Shown piece after piece: positions 8,829 to 16,744 of a stretch of DNA of 41,001 nt. The notes below the pieces were generated by a model that did no database searches, had not been told where the DNA came from, and saw only the letters and a program-made list of their open reading frames with translations. Every line of letters starts with the position of its first letter. Positions within the stretch are counted from its first letter, which is position 1. Location: assembly GCA_038256935.1 (NCBI GenBank), contig JBBSJV010000002.1, forward strand, positions 1 through 41,001, in the 5' to 3' direction. Made by a program: the position numbers and the translations under genes. The stretch is from Patescibacteria group bacterium. GTDB taxonomy: Bacteria > Patescibacteriota > JACMRA01.

Positions 8829-9488
8829 ATGCAATTTTCAAACCCTATTCGCCCGCCTGTTCGGATTTTGAAAAACGACAAGTTTGGACCTCGAAGCATT
8901 AATATTGGTAATACTGTTCACGGAGGTGTTGATCTTAGGCCCGTCTCAGATGATATTTTAGCCAGCCACGAGGGTGTTGTTGCTTTTTCTGGTAAAGATC
9001 AGTTTGGAGGACTATATATTGATATCACAAATGGTAATCAAAGGACTCGCTACCTACATAATCGGCAAAACTTAGTTTCTCTGAATCAAAAAGTGCAAAG
9101 AGGTCAACTCATTGGCTATATCGGAAATACTGGTAGATCCAGTGGTAGACATCTGCACTTTGAAACCTTTATTGATGGCAAAAGAATTGACCCCGAGTCA
9201 GTTGTGGATTTTAGCTTAGCTCCGTATATCAAACCAGCTCCTCAACAATCTCAACCTGCAGTGATTTCTGAATCTGTACCAGAACCTACGCCACCAGTTC
9301 AACCACCTGCAAAGACTGAATTTATCCATACCGTAAAAGCTGGAGAAACCTTAAGCGGGATTATAGCCAAGCATTACAAACTAAGATCTGCTACAAAAAT
9401 CCGTACCAAATACCTTGAAATTGCTAAGATTAATAATATATCTGATCCAAATAAGATCCGAGTTAAGCAAAAAATTAAGTTGCCATAA
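8829..9488 (+). CDS. M23 family metallopeptidase with C-terminal LysM domain
   Basis: HxxxD (HGGVD) and HxH (HLHFE) LytM motifs. Pro-rich linker. LysM-like HTVKAGETLSGIIAKHY...ISDPNKIRVKQKIKLP. Confidence 0.85.
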   Translation: MQFSNPIRPPVRILKNDKFGPRSINIGNTVHGGVDLRPVSDDILASHEGVVAFSGKDQFGGLYIDITNGNQRTRYLHNRQNLVSLNQKVQRGQLIGYIGNTGRSSGRHLHFETFIDGKRIDPESVVDFSLAPYIKPAPQQSQPAVISESVPEPTPPVQPPAKTEFIHTVKAGETLSGIIAKHYKLRSATKIRTKYLEIAKINNISDPNKIRVKQKIKLP

Positions 9489-9585
9489 TTGCGTTTAGAA
9501 TAAGAATAATTGGTATTTTCACTGTTGATTATATTGACCAAATGACACTTTGACTTTAGTTTAAGATTATACATTAAGATTATTT

Positions 9586-10090
9586 GTGTCTTCAAAACTA
9601 TATAATTTACCACAAAAACTAACTAAAAGATTAATTATCATCACATTTTTAATATTCCTAGCTTTTACTCTTACTTTTTGGTTTGGAGTAGTAATAGGTA
9701 GCAAAGTACAACCCCGCTCAGTTTTGGCTTTGAATAAGTGCACAGATAATTGCTGGGAAATAAATGAGATGGCAGGGTTTGTGTCTTCAATTGGTATCAG
9801 TTTAAATGCTGAAGATGTATTTGATAGCAAACAAAATGATAATTGTTTTTCTCTGCAAATGGTAAATACTAGCCAAAGGGTGCATTTTGTTATGATTCCA
9901 AAAACTGATATTAAAGATCTTGGGGGACATTGACTATCAAAGATTTGATATAATTGAGGACTGTCTAAAACTAACTAGCGAGCATATTCAAGACCATGAT
10001 TTGAAAGAATACGTGTTTTCCTCAAACGGCCCAGATTACCAGCATGTCAGATACATCCACTTTCACTTAAAGGCCCTGAAGCAGAATTAA
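9586..10090 (+). pseudogene. membrane-anchored HIT-family protein interrupted by a frameshift in a G5 run
   Basis: The frame-1 ORF (9586-9933) ends ...RVHFVMIPKTDIKDLGGH*. The next frame continues from about 9929 as IDYQRFDIIEDCLKLTSEHIQDHDLKEYVFSSNGPDYQHVRYIHFHLKALKQN* (stop 10088-10090). Joined, the two parts give HIT-like VIPK and H-x-H-x motifs. The G run is at 9922-9926. Confidence 0.6.
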
Positions 10091-10154
10091 ACATTTAATA
10101 GATTAGACAAAAAGAATTTTAAATAGCAGTACTTTGGTTATAATATTTAACCAT

Positions 10155-12623
10155 ATGAATATCCATAACCTCAAACCAAACCGATTGGCATATTTAGTAA
10201 TGAATTTAAAAAGTCTTATCTGGGTAAGTTTAATTGCCTTTGCCCTAATTATTTTATTTTTAGCTGTCCCGGAAGCTTCTATAGTTAGTCTTTTTATATT
10301 TGTTGTATGGGGTATATTCTCAGGGCTCACCGTTGGCTTTGAATATTCCAAATACCTTAAAGAAAATTACAGTTTTTCAAGCTCGAAGTTTGTAGCTAAA
10401 AAAGGGAGTATTTTTTCGGACTCATCTACTGAGCTAAAGCCTGAAAATATTACTCAAGTTTTGGTCTTCTCTAGTTTTCTTCAAAGGTGGTTATTTGATA
10501 CTGGAACTGTTGTTGTAAAAGCTGCTGGAAGTAGTGGAGATGAAGTGGTCATGAATAATATAGAAGCACCTGAGACAGTCTATGGTCAAGTAATTGAAAC
10601 TATGGAACAGGCTGGTTTTGTCTTGGATGAAAAAAAGCCTATAGCAAGTTTCAGGCCCGATCTAGCTGGGGTTTTATTGGGTTCTGTAAATTCTATTTTT
10701 TGGTATATTTTTGGCTTGGTTGCTTCAGGTATTTACCTAATTGAAAGTGTGGCTGATGGGATGATGTTAGTTAGTACTGAAAGCGTTTTTAACACTGTCT
10801 TTGCCTCATTTGTATTTTTAGGTATAGCCTTTAATTGTTTGAAATTAGTCATCGATCTTATTCATGAAATCAAAAGTGAATATATATTATACTCTGATAA
10901 GGTAGTTTTTGAGCAAAATTGGCTGAATAGATTTAGTGATCTTATTCCCCTTGAAAATGTAAGTGATAGTGAAACTAACCAGACGTTTTTGCAAAGAATA
11001 ATCGGAGTTAGTCATCTTACAATTAGTTGTCAGGGAGGTGAGAACGAAATAGTTTTAAGTAACTTGAGAAAAAGCCAAGAGTTTAAAGTTTTACTAAAAG
11101 AGGCTACTACAAAAGCTGAAAATAATCTGAATAAGAGCGTCAAAAAATCTATTAATAGAAATAAGGAATCCACAAGTGAAGAAACCTTAGTTGAAAGCAA
11201 GAAAACTGACTCTTCAACTTCTTCAAAACTTACAAAATCATTTGGTAATAGTTTTACTCAAAGCTTAGATATGGACTGGAAGAGAGTGATTGGTGGGGAT
11301 ATTTTTTGGATGATTTTAGTTTATGGCTTTGTCTTTATTATATTTGTTCCGATTGTATTATTATCAGAAGGGAATTTACTTGGGATACTATTTTTTATCG
11401 CTTTAGTCTTTATTATAAGTCTAATATTAATAATACTTCCTCGATTAATCCAAACACTTTGCACTAGTTTTTACATCAATGAAAAGTCCTTTGCTCAAGA
11501 GTTTGTCTTTTTAACAACTCGCAAAAAAGAATTTAGTCTTGAAAAAGTAACTGGAATTGAAATCACTAGAAATTGGTTTGATTTGGCTTTCAAAACTTGT
11601 AGTATCAATATCCAATCCATTGGGTCAAGTACAAATATTCGTTTTACAAGCGTGGCTTTCGAGCCAAATTTGATAGATCAAATACTTAGAAAAATAGGAA
11701 TAACAAAGCAAAAATTAGAAAGTGAATATAAGGCCGATTTTGGATTTGAAAACTTTTTCAAGAAAAATCTATTTGTGTGGATCTCATTTTTTGTATTGTG
11801 GCTACTATCGAGTCCAATTGCTTTGATTAGTTTATCCACCTTTGCAATAATTACAATCACTATTTTATTAACTATCTCGTTGATATTTGGAGTCCAATAT
11901 CTGTATTATAAGGATCATAAATTATCTTTGTATAGCAATTTTGTGGAATTTAGAGAAGGGTTAATCACCAAAAAACAAACCTTTACAACTTATTATAATG
12001 TCAAAAACATGATCTCCTCTCTTTACCCATTTAGTGATCACGGAAGCCTCACTGTGGACGTTGCAGGTGAGAGAGCGGGGGTTGCAAATAGCGGGGATGG
12101 ATCTATTGCAATAATGCCCTTTGCTTTTACTTTGAAATACTACCAAGGGCCAAGAATTCTTCACAACAAATTAGAAAATATTCTACTAAAACACCCATTT
12201 TTGCAAGACTCTAAACAACAACTCGCCGTTAATAATGATTTTGAATTTTCCATGCAAGAAAATGATTATAAGCCTTCAATTGGTATATATATTTTCTATC
12301 TAATTGTTTTTTCAGTGTTAATATTTCCATTATTAATCTTGCTTCCCTTTACATGCTATTGTTTAATATATTGGTTTAAAAAGGTATCTTATGTGGTTGG
12401 AAGTGACAGAGTAGAAAGCTATAGTGGAGTGTTTTTCAGAATGATTAATACCGTGCAATATAATCGAATCGATCACGTTACTAAACATCAAGGTTTTATT
12501 CAAAAGATATTTAATGTAGCAGATTTGGAAATTTACACAACCGGGAGTTCTAGAGCTGAGCTAGTATTTAGAAACGTAAAAGACTTTGATAAATTATTTA
12601 AAGAGCTAGAAAATAAATACTAA
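10155..12623 (+). CDS. multi-pass membrane protein with repeated bacterial PH (bPH_2/YdbT-like) domains
   Basis: Alternating TM pairs and segments of about 80-90 aa resembling YdbS/YdbT bPH domains (e.g. ENITQVLVFSSFLQRWLFDTGTVVV, NRIDHVTKHQGFIQKIFNVADLEIYTTGS). The start is ambiguous among TTG 10134, ATG 10155 and ATG 10200. Confidence 0.7.
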   Translation: MNIHNLKPNRLAYLVMNLKSLIWVSLIAFALIILFLAVPEASIVSLFIFVVWGIFSGLTVGFEYSKYLKENYSFSSSKFVAKKGSIFSDSSTELKPENITQVLVFSSFLQRWLFDTGTVVVKAAGSSGDEVVMNNIEAPETVYGQVIETMEQAGFVLDEKKPIASFRPDLAGVLLGSVNSIFWYIFGLVASGIYLIESVADGMMLVSTESVFNTVFASFVFLGIAFNCLKLVIDLIHEIKSEYILYSDKVVFEQNWLNRFSDLIPLENVSDSETNQTFLQRIIGVSHLTISCQGGENEIVLSNLRKSQEFKVLLKEATTKAENNLNKSVKKSINRNKESTSEETLVESKKTDSSTSSKLTKSFGNSFTQSLDMDWKRVIGGDIFWMILVYGFVFIIFVPIVLLSEGNLLGILFFIALVFIISLILIILPRLIQTLCTSFYINEKSFAQEFVFLTTRKKEFSLEKVTGIEITRNWFDLAFKTCSINIQSIGSSTNIRFTSVAFEPNLIDQILRKIGITKQKLESEYKADFGFENFFKKNLFVWISFFVLWLLSSPIALISLSTFAIITITILLTISLIFGVQYLYYKDHKLSLYSNFVEFREGLITKKQTFTTYYNVKNMISSLYPFSDHGSLTVDVAGERAGVANSGDGSIAIMPFAFTLKYYQGPRILHNKLENILLKHPFLQDSKQQLAVNNDFEFSMQENDYKPSIGIYIFYLIVFSVLIFPLLILLPFTCYCLIYWFKKVSYVVGSDRVESYSGVFFRMINTVQYNRIDHVTKHQGFIQKIFNVADLEIYTTGSSRAELVFRNVKDFDKLFKELENKY

Positions 12624-12628
12624 AGAAT

Positions 12629-13702
12629 ATGACCTACTCTAAATCAGTAGTTATAAAGCTAGGTAGTCAGATCCTAACAGATAGTAAGGGCAAGATTGAT
12701 AATTTGCAGATTTCAAAATTAGTGGCTCAGATTGTAGAGCTTAGAAAAGCTGGAGTTTACGTTTATTTGGTTTCATCAGGTGCGGTAGCTGCAGGTAGGT
12801 CAATTTTTGATTTGGATACAAAAACTACTTTACCAGTCCAAGTACTAGCTTCTGTAGGACAATCAGAGCTTATCCAGCTGTATAAAACTTGGTTCACTCT
12901 TTTTGACATAAAGGTAGGTCAAGTTCTTGTAACCAAAGAAGATTTTCGAGATCGAAGACATTTTTTGAATTTAAAAGGAGCCTTTGGAGAGATGAAAAAA
13001 AATGATATTTTGCCTATCATCAATGAAAATGATGTGATCAGTATTCCTGATAAAACCTTTAGTGACAACGATGAATTAGCTTCATTGGTTGCAGCTATGA
13101 CAGATTGCCAGCAAGTGGTAATACTTAGCAGCATTGATGGGTTTTTTGATGGTGATCCAAAAGATGAGGACTCCAAAGTCATACCAACTGTAAACTTTGA
13201 CTCCAAAGATATCTATAAATACGTGCAAAAATCTAAATCAGAACTTGGTAGGGGTGGCATGGCAAGCAAATTAGAATCCAGCATGAAAAATGCCAATTTA
13301 GGAATAGAAACAATCATTGCTTCTGGGTTTGAAGAAAGAGTTTTGAACAGGATTTTGATCGATCAGGAATTTTTGGGAACTAAGTTTTTGGCAATGAAAA
13401 ATAGGAGTAGTAAGCGCAAATGGGTTGCACACAATCAAGGCTTTGAAAAAGGTTCAGTAGTCATTGACCAAGGAGCTGAAGAGATGCTGGCAAATCAACA
13501 AGCAATTAGCCTATTACCAGTTGGGATCAAGTCGGTGGAAGGAAAATTTGCAATAGGAGATATAGTTAAAATCTTAAATCACAAACTAGAGACAATTGGA
13601 TATGGAGTTTGTAAAATCAATTCAGAAAATCTGGATAAAATAAAAGGAGAAAAGAATCAGAAAGTCTTTATCCATTATGATGAGATGTATGTGATTGGGT
13701 AG
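12629..13702 (+). CDS. proB: glutamate 5-kinase with PUA domain
   Basis: Collinear with ProB: VIKLGSQILTD, VSSGAVAAGR, NENDV, GRGGMASKL, and a C-terminal PUA-like region. Confidence 0.9.
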   Translation: MTYSKSVVIKLGSQILTDSKGKIDNLQISKLVAQIVELRKAGVYVYLVSSGAVAAGRSIFDLDTKTTLPVQVLASVGQSELIQLYKTWFTLFDIKVGQVLVTKEDFRDRRHFLNLKGAFGEMKKNDILPIINENDVISIPDKTFSDNDELASLVAAMTDCQQVVILSSIDGFFDGDPKDEDSKVIPTVNFDSKDIYKYVQKSKSELGRGGMASKLESSMKNANLGIETIIASGFEERVLNRILIDQEFLGTKFLAMKNRSSKRKWVAHNQGFEKGSVVIDQGAEEMLANQQAISLLPVGIKSVEGKFAIGDIVKILNHKLETIGYGVCKINSENLDKIKGEKNQKVFIHYDEMYVIG

Positions 13703-13762
13703 TATGGTAAAGTCCTATTCCATACCAGAGATATATAAATAATTTTGATTACAGAATGCGTG

Positions 13763-13792
13763 TGTCACCCTGAATTTATTTCAGGGTCTTTT
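13763..13792 (+). terminator. rho-independent terminator, member of the TGTCA..CTGAA..TTCAG..TC hairpin family
   Basis: 8-bp perfect stem ACCCTGAA/TTCAGGGT, loop TTTAT, followed by C plus TTTT. Lies 60 nt after the proB stop. Confidence 0.7.
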
Positions 13793-13811
13793 GAGATATA
13801 AATTAGTATAA

Positions 13812-13837
13812 GATACTGAAACGAGTTCATTATGACA
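13812..13837 (-). repeat. hairpin-family unit in inverted orientation
   Basis: The reverse complement reads TGTCA-TA-ATGAA-CTCGT-TTCAG-TA-TC. Paired with the 13763 unit, as at 34952/35002. Confidence 0.65.
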
Positions 13838-13879
13838 AATAATTGTATACAAATAATTTGATATTTACAGATGCCACAA

Positions 13880-14092
13880 AAGTGTTGCGATTTTTAAACC
13901 CAGTTCGGCTCTGTAGGGCAAGTGTGGTCGTTTCCCCTACAGTGGGAATCAAGCCCTGTCACCATTGGGTCGGTTTGTTCCAGTTTGGAACAAGTCCAGC
14001 CTGTTCATGCTTAGCTATCGCATAGCACTTCTCTTAATCGACGCGCTGGCTTTTGCCGGTGGGCACTACAATATTATTCCACGAATCAAAAT
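13880..14092 (+). other. GC-rich, hairpin-dense non-coding segment upstream of element copy C2 and dnaJ
   Basis: 8-bp stems CTGTAGGG/CCCTACAG (13911-13942) and TTGTTCCA/TGGAACAA (13975-13993). Segment 13946-14010 loosely parallels the layout of the C element. No credible ORF. Confidence 0.45.
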
Positions 14093-14167
14093 GTCCCGAT
14101 CAAGTCGGGCCACTTCGTTTCGTTTACTTCATAAACTGGCACCCTGCCTCGCCGGCGGGCATTGACA
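14093..14167 (+). repeat. GC-rich three-hairpin element, copy C2, upstream of dnaJ
   Basis: Aligns with C1 over essentially its full length. The middle hairpin is GTTTA-CTTCA-TAAAC, a compensatory change relative to GTTTC/GAAAC in C1 and C3. Ends in TTGACA. Confidence 0.8.
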
Positions 14168-14190
14168 AAAACTGGCAAATGGGCTTTTAT
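14162..14190 (+). promoter_or_regulatory. putative promoter of dnaJ
   Basis: -35 TTGACA (14162-14167), 17-nt spacer, weak -10 TTTTAT (14185-14190), then 12 nt to ATG 14203. Confidence 0.35.
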
Positions 14191-14202
14191 ATTGCTAACA
14201 TT

Positions 14203-15318
14203 ATGGCTAAAGATTTGTATGAAGTATTGGGAGTATCAAAAGATGCTGATATAGCTGAAATTAAGAAAGCGTATAGAACCTTAGCGCACAAATATCATCC
14301 CGATAAAAACCCTGATGACAAAGAATCTGAAGCTAAATTTAAAGAGATTAATAGTGCCTATCAAGTCTTGGGAGATCCACAAAAGAGAGCTCAATATGAT
14401 CAGATGGGAAGTGTAGGAGGTCCTGGCGGCTTTGGAGGTTTTCCTGGAGGTGGTAGTAATCAGGGCTTTGATTTTAACTTCAACGGAGGAGGGTTTGAAG
14501 ATCTTAACGATGTCTTTGAGACTTTTTTTGGAGGATCTACTACAGGACGTTCTGGAGCCAGGGGTAAATCTAAAACAAGCAGAAGAAAAGGAATTGATAT
14601 CGAAATGGAATTACCACTAGATCTGGAAGAAGCAGCTATTGGTGTGGATAAGGAATTTGATCTCAAGCATAACGTAGGATGTGATCATTGCGGGGGTGAA
14701 GGAAATGAGCCAGGGACCAAATTCAAAACCTGTCCTACCTGTAAGGGTAATGGAAAAGTCTTTCAGAGGATGCAGACTTTTTTTGGTGTAGTGCAACAAG
14801 AGACAATTTGTCCAACTTGTGAAGGCCATGGAAAAGTATTTGAGAAAGCCTGTACTGTTTGCGCTGGCGATGGCTATAGAGTCAAAACAGAGACTGTAAA
14901 AGTCAAAATCCCAGCTGGGATTGATTCAGGGGATAGAATCAGAGTAACAGGTAAGGGTCAAGCTGGATATCGAGGTTCAGACGCTGGAGATTTGTATTTG
15001 CTGGTAGATATTAAAAAGCACTCCACTTTACAAAGAGATGGTCTAGATGTTTATACGGAAGTAAATGTGCCATATTTAGATGTATTACTGGGCTCTAGCG
15101 TAGATATTGATACTGTGTATGGAAAGATGGAAGTAAAGGTTCCTGAGCTTACAAAACCCGGTACTAAACTACGTATTAAAGGCAAGGGAATGCCAAAACT
15201 TAATAACCCAAGCCAAGTAGGTGATCAGTTTGTAAAGATCAATGTCAAGATGCCAAGCAAGCTAAAAAGAGAACAAATAGCCATTTTACAAAAGTTGAAA
15301 GGTGAGCTAAAATACTAG
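14203..15318 (+). CDS. dnaJ: molecular chaperone DnaJ
   Basis: J-domain starts at [11 protein letters not shown] and includes HPD. G/F-rich region. Four CxxCxGxG zinc-finger repeats. The ORF-track start at 14053 would read through the repeat element and is not used. Confidence 0.95.
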   Translation: MAKDLYEVLGVSKDADIAEIKKAYRTLAHKYHPDKNPDDKESEAKFKEINSAYQVLGDPQKRAQYDQMGSVGGPGGFGGFPGGGSNQGFDFNFNGGGFEDLNDVFETFFGGSTTGRSGARGKSKTSRRKGIDIEMELPLDLEEAAIGVDKEFDLKHNVGCDHCGGEGNEPGTKFKTCPTCKGNGKVFQRMQTFFGVVQQETICPTCEGHGKVFEKACTVCAGDGYRVKTETVKVKIPAGIDSGDRIRVTGKGQAGYRGSDAGDLYLLVDIKKHSTLQRDGLDVYTEVNVPYLDVLLGSSVDIDTVYGKMEVKVPELTKPGTKLRIKGKGMPKLNNPSQVGDQFVKINVKMPSKLKREQIAILQKLKGELKY

Positions 15319-15340
15319 ATAATAGGACACTATTAGCTTA

Positions 15341-15784
15341 ATGCCTGACAAATATGCTTCTATATTGATGAGTTTGTATCATACTTTTGTGGTAGGCTGT
15401 ACTGTGCTTATAAATCTTAGTATATCATATTATATACGTGTCAGTGACATTGCCTACATTCCAAACACATCTCCAATTGGCTTTACTTTTGGTTATTTCT
15501 CTTCTATTTTAATTCTTATCATTGTTGCTTGGGTAATACATGAATTTGAGCTTAATCAAAAATATGCACTAGCTTCGATTATGATTTTAGGTGGATTGTT
15601 TAGCAATTTTAGCGAAAAATACCTGCTCGGCGCCGTGGCTGACTATATGACAATCGGCATCGGTACTATAAACTTAGCTGATATTATGATTTTTTTGGGA
15701 GTGGTACTTTTGAATTTACAAATTTGGTGGCCACAAAACACCTTGCTTGCTGAACTGGTCGATCCTACTGAGGCGTTAAGTTAG
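15341..15784 (+). CDS. signal peptidase II (LspA)-like membrane protein
   Basis: Four TM segments. ILGGLFSNFSEK...VADYM...INLAD parallels LspA GGALGNLFDR...VVDMI...FNLAD. The first catalytic Asp position appears to be Glu. Confidence 0.5.
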   Translation: MPDKYASILMSLYHTFVVGCTVLINLSISYYIRVSDIAYIPNTSPIGFTFGYFSSILILIIVAWVIHEFELNQKYALASIMILGGLFSNFSEKYLLGAVADYMTIGIGTINLADIMIFLGVVLLNLQIWWPQNTLLAELVDPTEALS

Positions 15785-15921
15785 TTTATTATTAATTTCA
15801 ACTACAGCTAATCCTAAAAACTTAATACTAAGACAAAACCTCCAAATTCCAATAATCGAGAATCTATCATAGTATCTTTTGTTTTATCTTCTTTATTGGT
15901 ATCCATTGTAGACTTTTAGAA

Positions 15922-16608
15922 TCACAGATTTTCAAGATTGTCCATATCTAGAACCTCCACTGCGTTTTCACCTCCCACAAATATTTTATCAGCCAGGTCA
16001 ATAAAAATGCCAGTTTCGATAACCCCTGGAAGGCTTTTGAGATGCACTTCAAGATTGATCCATTTGTCTAAGTCCATATTTGGCAAAACCATTTCAATAA
16101 TTAGGTTATTATTTTCTGAATAACTTCTGTTTTCAGTCAGCTTACCTCCGTAATTATCAAGTATTAACTCCACACAATCTTTGACATAGATACTGCCAAA
16201 AGGAGATATCTCAATTGGAACTAAGATTTTTTCAACTAACTCAAGCTTGGTCTCATCTACAATTATATATCTGTTTTGTGCTGAGTAAAGTAGGATTTTT
16301 TCCTTCCAAAGAGCTCCACCACCACCTTTGATCATCAATCTTCCAGCATGTAGAATCTTATCAGCCCCATCAACAGCTAGGTCTACGTATTGGTAAGGGT
16401 AGATGTTGAGTCCAGTATCAAGGCAAGATTTTTCGATATTTCTAGACCCGCAAACTATTATCTCTGGTTGATTTTCAAGTCCAGCCAATTCTTTACTAAG
16501 TATTTCAATAGTTGATCCTCCACCAAGACCAATGCTGGAAGGCTTATCTTTCTCTAGAACCTGCATTATATGCTTTACCACCATTTCTTTTTGCTGAATT
16601 TGAGACAT
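15922..16608 (-). CDS. rpiA: ribose-5-phosphate isomerase A
   Basis: GLGGGST, VDGADK, KGGGGAL, and LPGVIETGIF near the C-terminus. Confidence 0.9.
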   Translation of the reverse strand: MSQIQQKEMVVKHIMQVLEKDKPSSIGLGGGSTIEILSKELAGLENQPEIIVCGSRNIEKSCLDTGLNIYPYQYVDLAVDGADKILHAGRLMIKGGGGALWKEKILLYSAQNRYIIVDETKLELVEKILVPIEISPFGSIYVKDCVELILDNYGGKLTENRSYSENNNLIIEMVLPNMDLDKWINLEVHLKSLPGVIETGIFIDLADKIFVGGENAVEVLDMDNLENL

Positions 16609-16744
16609 TGAAAAACTATAGAATTATACATAGGATTAGTCAACTAAGCTTTTAGAGTATGTGTTAATATTCAAGATATATTACTTAAAATAAAGCCCAT
16701 CTACAGTCGTTGACAGGTTGTATAAATGTATATAGATTTGGATC

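Noticed and set aside
14005-14050. HrcA CIRCE operator upstream of dnaJ. The sequence contains TAGCACTT.
   Set aside because: There is no inverted partner (GAGTGCTAA) at the required 9-nt spacing. Only a half-site-like hexamer is present.
13843-14165. Short ORFs 13843-14025 and 13965-14165 (+), plus 22127-22312 (-) and 7953-8419 (+) elsewhere.
   Set aside because: They lie entirely within repeat, hairpin or tRNA sequence. Their translations are repeat-derived (compare [23 protein letters not shown]). They overlap better-supported features and are judged spurious.
13861-14202. Possible RNase P RNA on the minus strand. The reverse complement contains GGCAGGGTGCCAG, which matches a conserved RNase P stretch. 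It also has loosely RNase-P-like AGTGCCCACCGGCAAAAGCC, TAAGAGAAGTGC and ACAGAGCCGAAC segments in the right order.
   Set aside because: No GAGGAAAGTCCGGGC-like CR-I/P4 strand exists upstream of the match, because the dnaJ start leaves only about 60 nt there. The putative P4 strands do not pair. The CAGGGTGCCAG core is part of the element that occurs three times in the window (also at 6582-6656 and 22256-22310), which is incompatible with a single-copy RNase P gene.
14053-14202. Extended dnaJ N-terminus, with the ORF-track start at 14053.
   Set aside because: The extension translates the GC-rich repeat element (..[24 protein letters not shown]..). A canonical J-domain begins exactly at [11 protein letters not shown] (ATG 14203).
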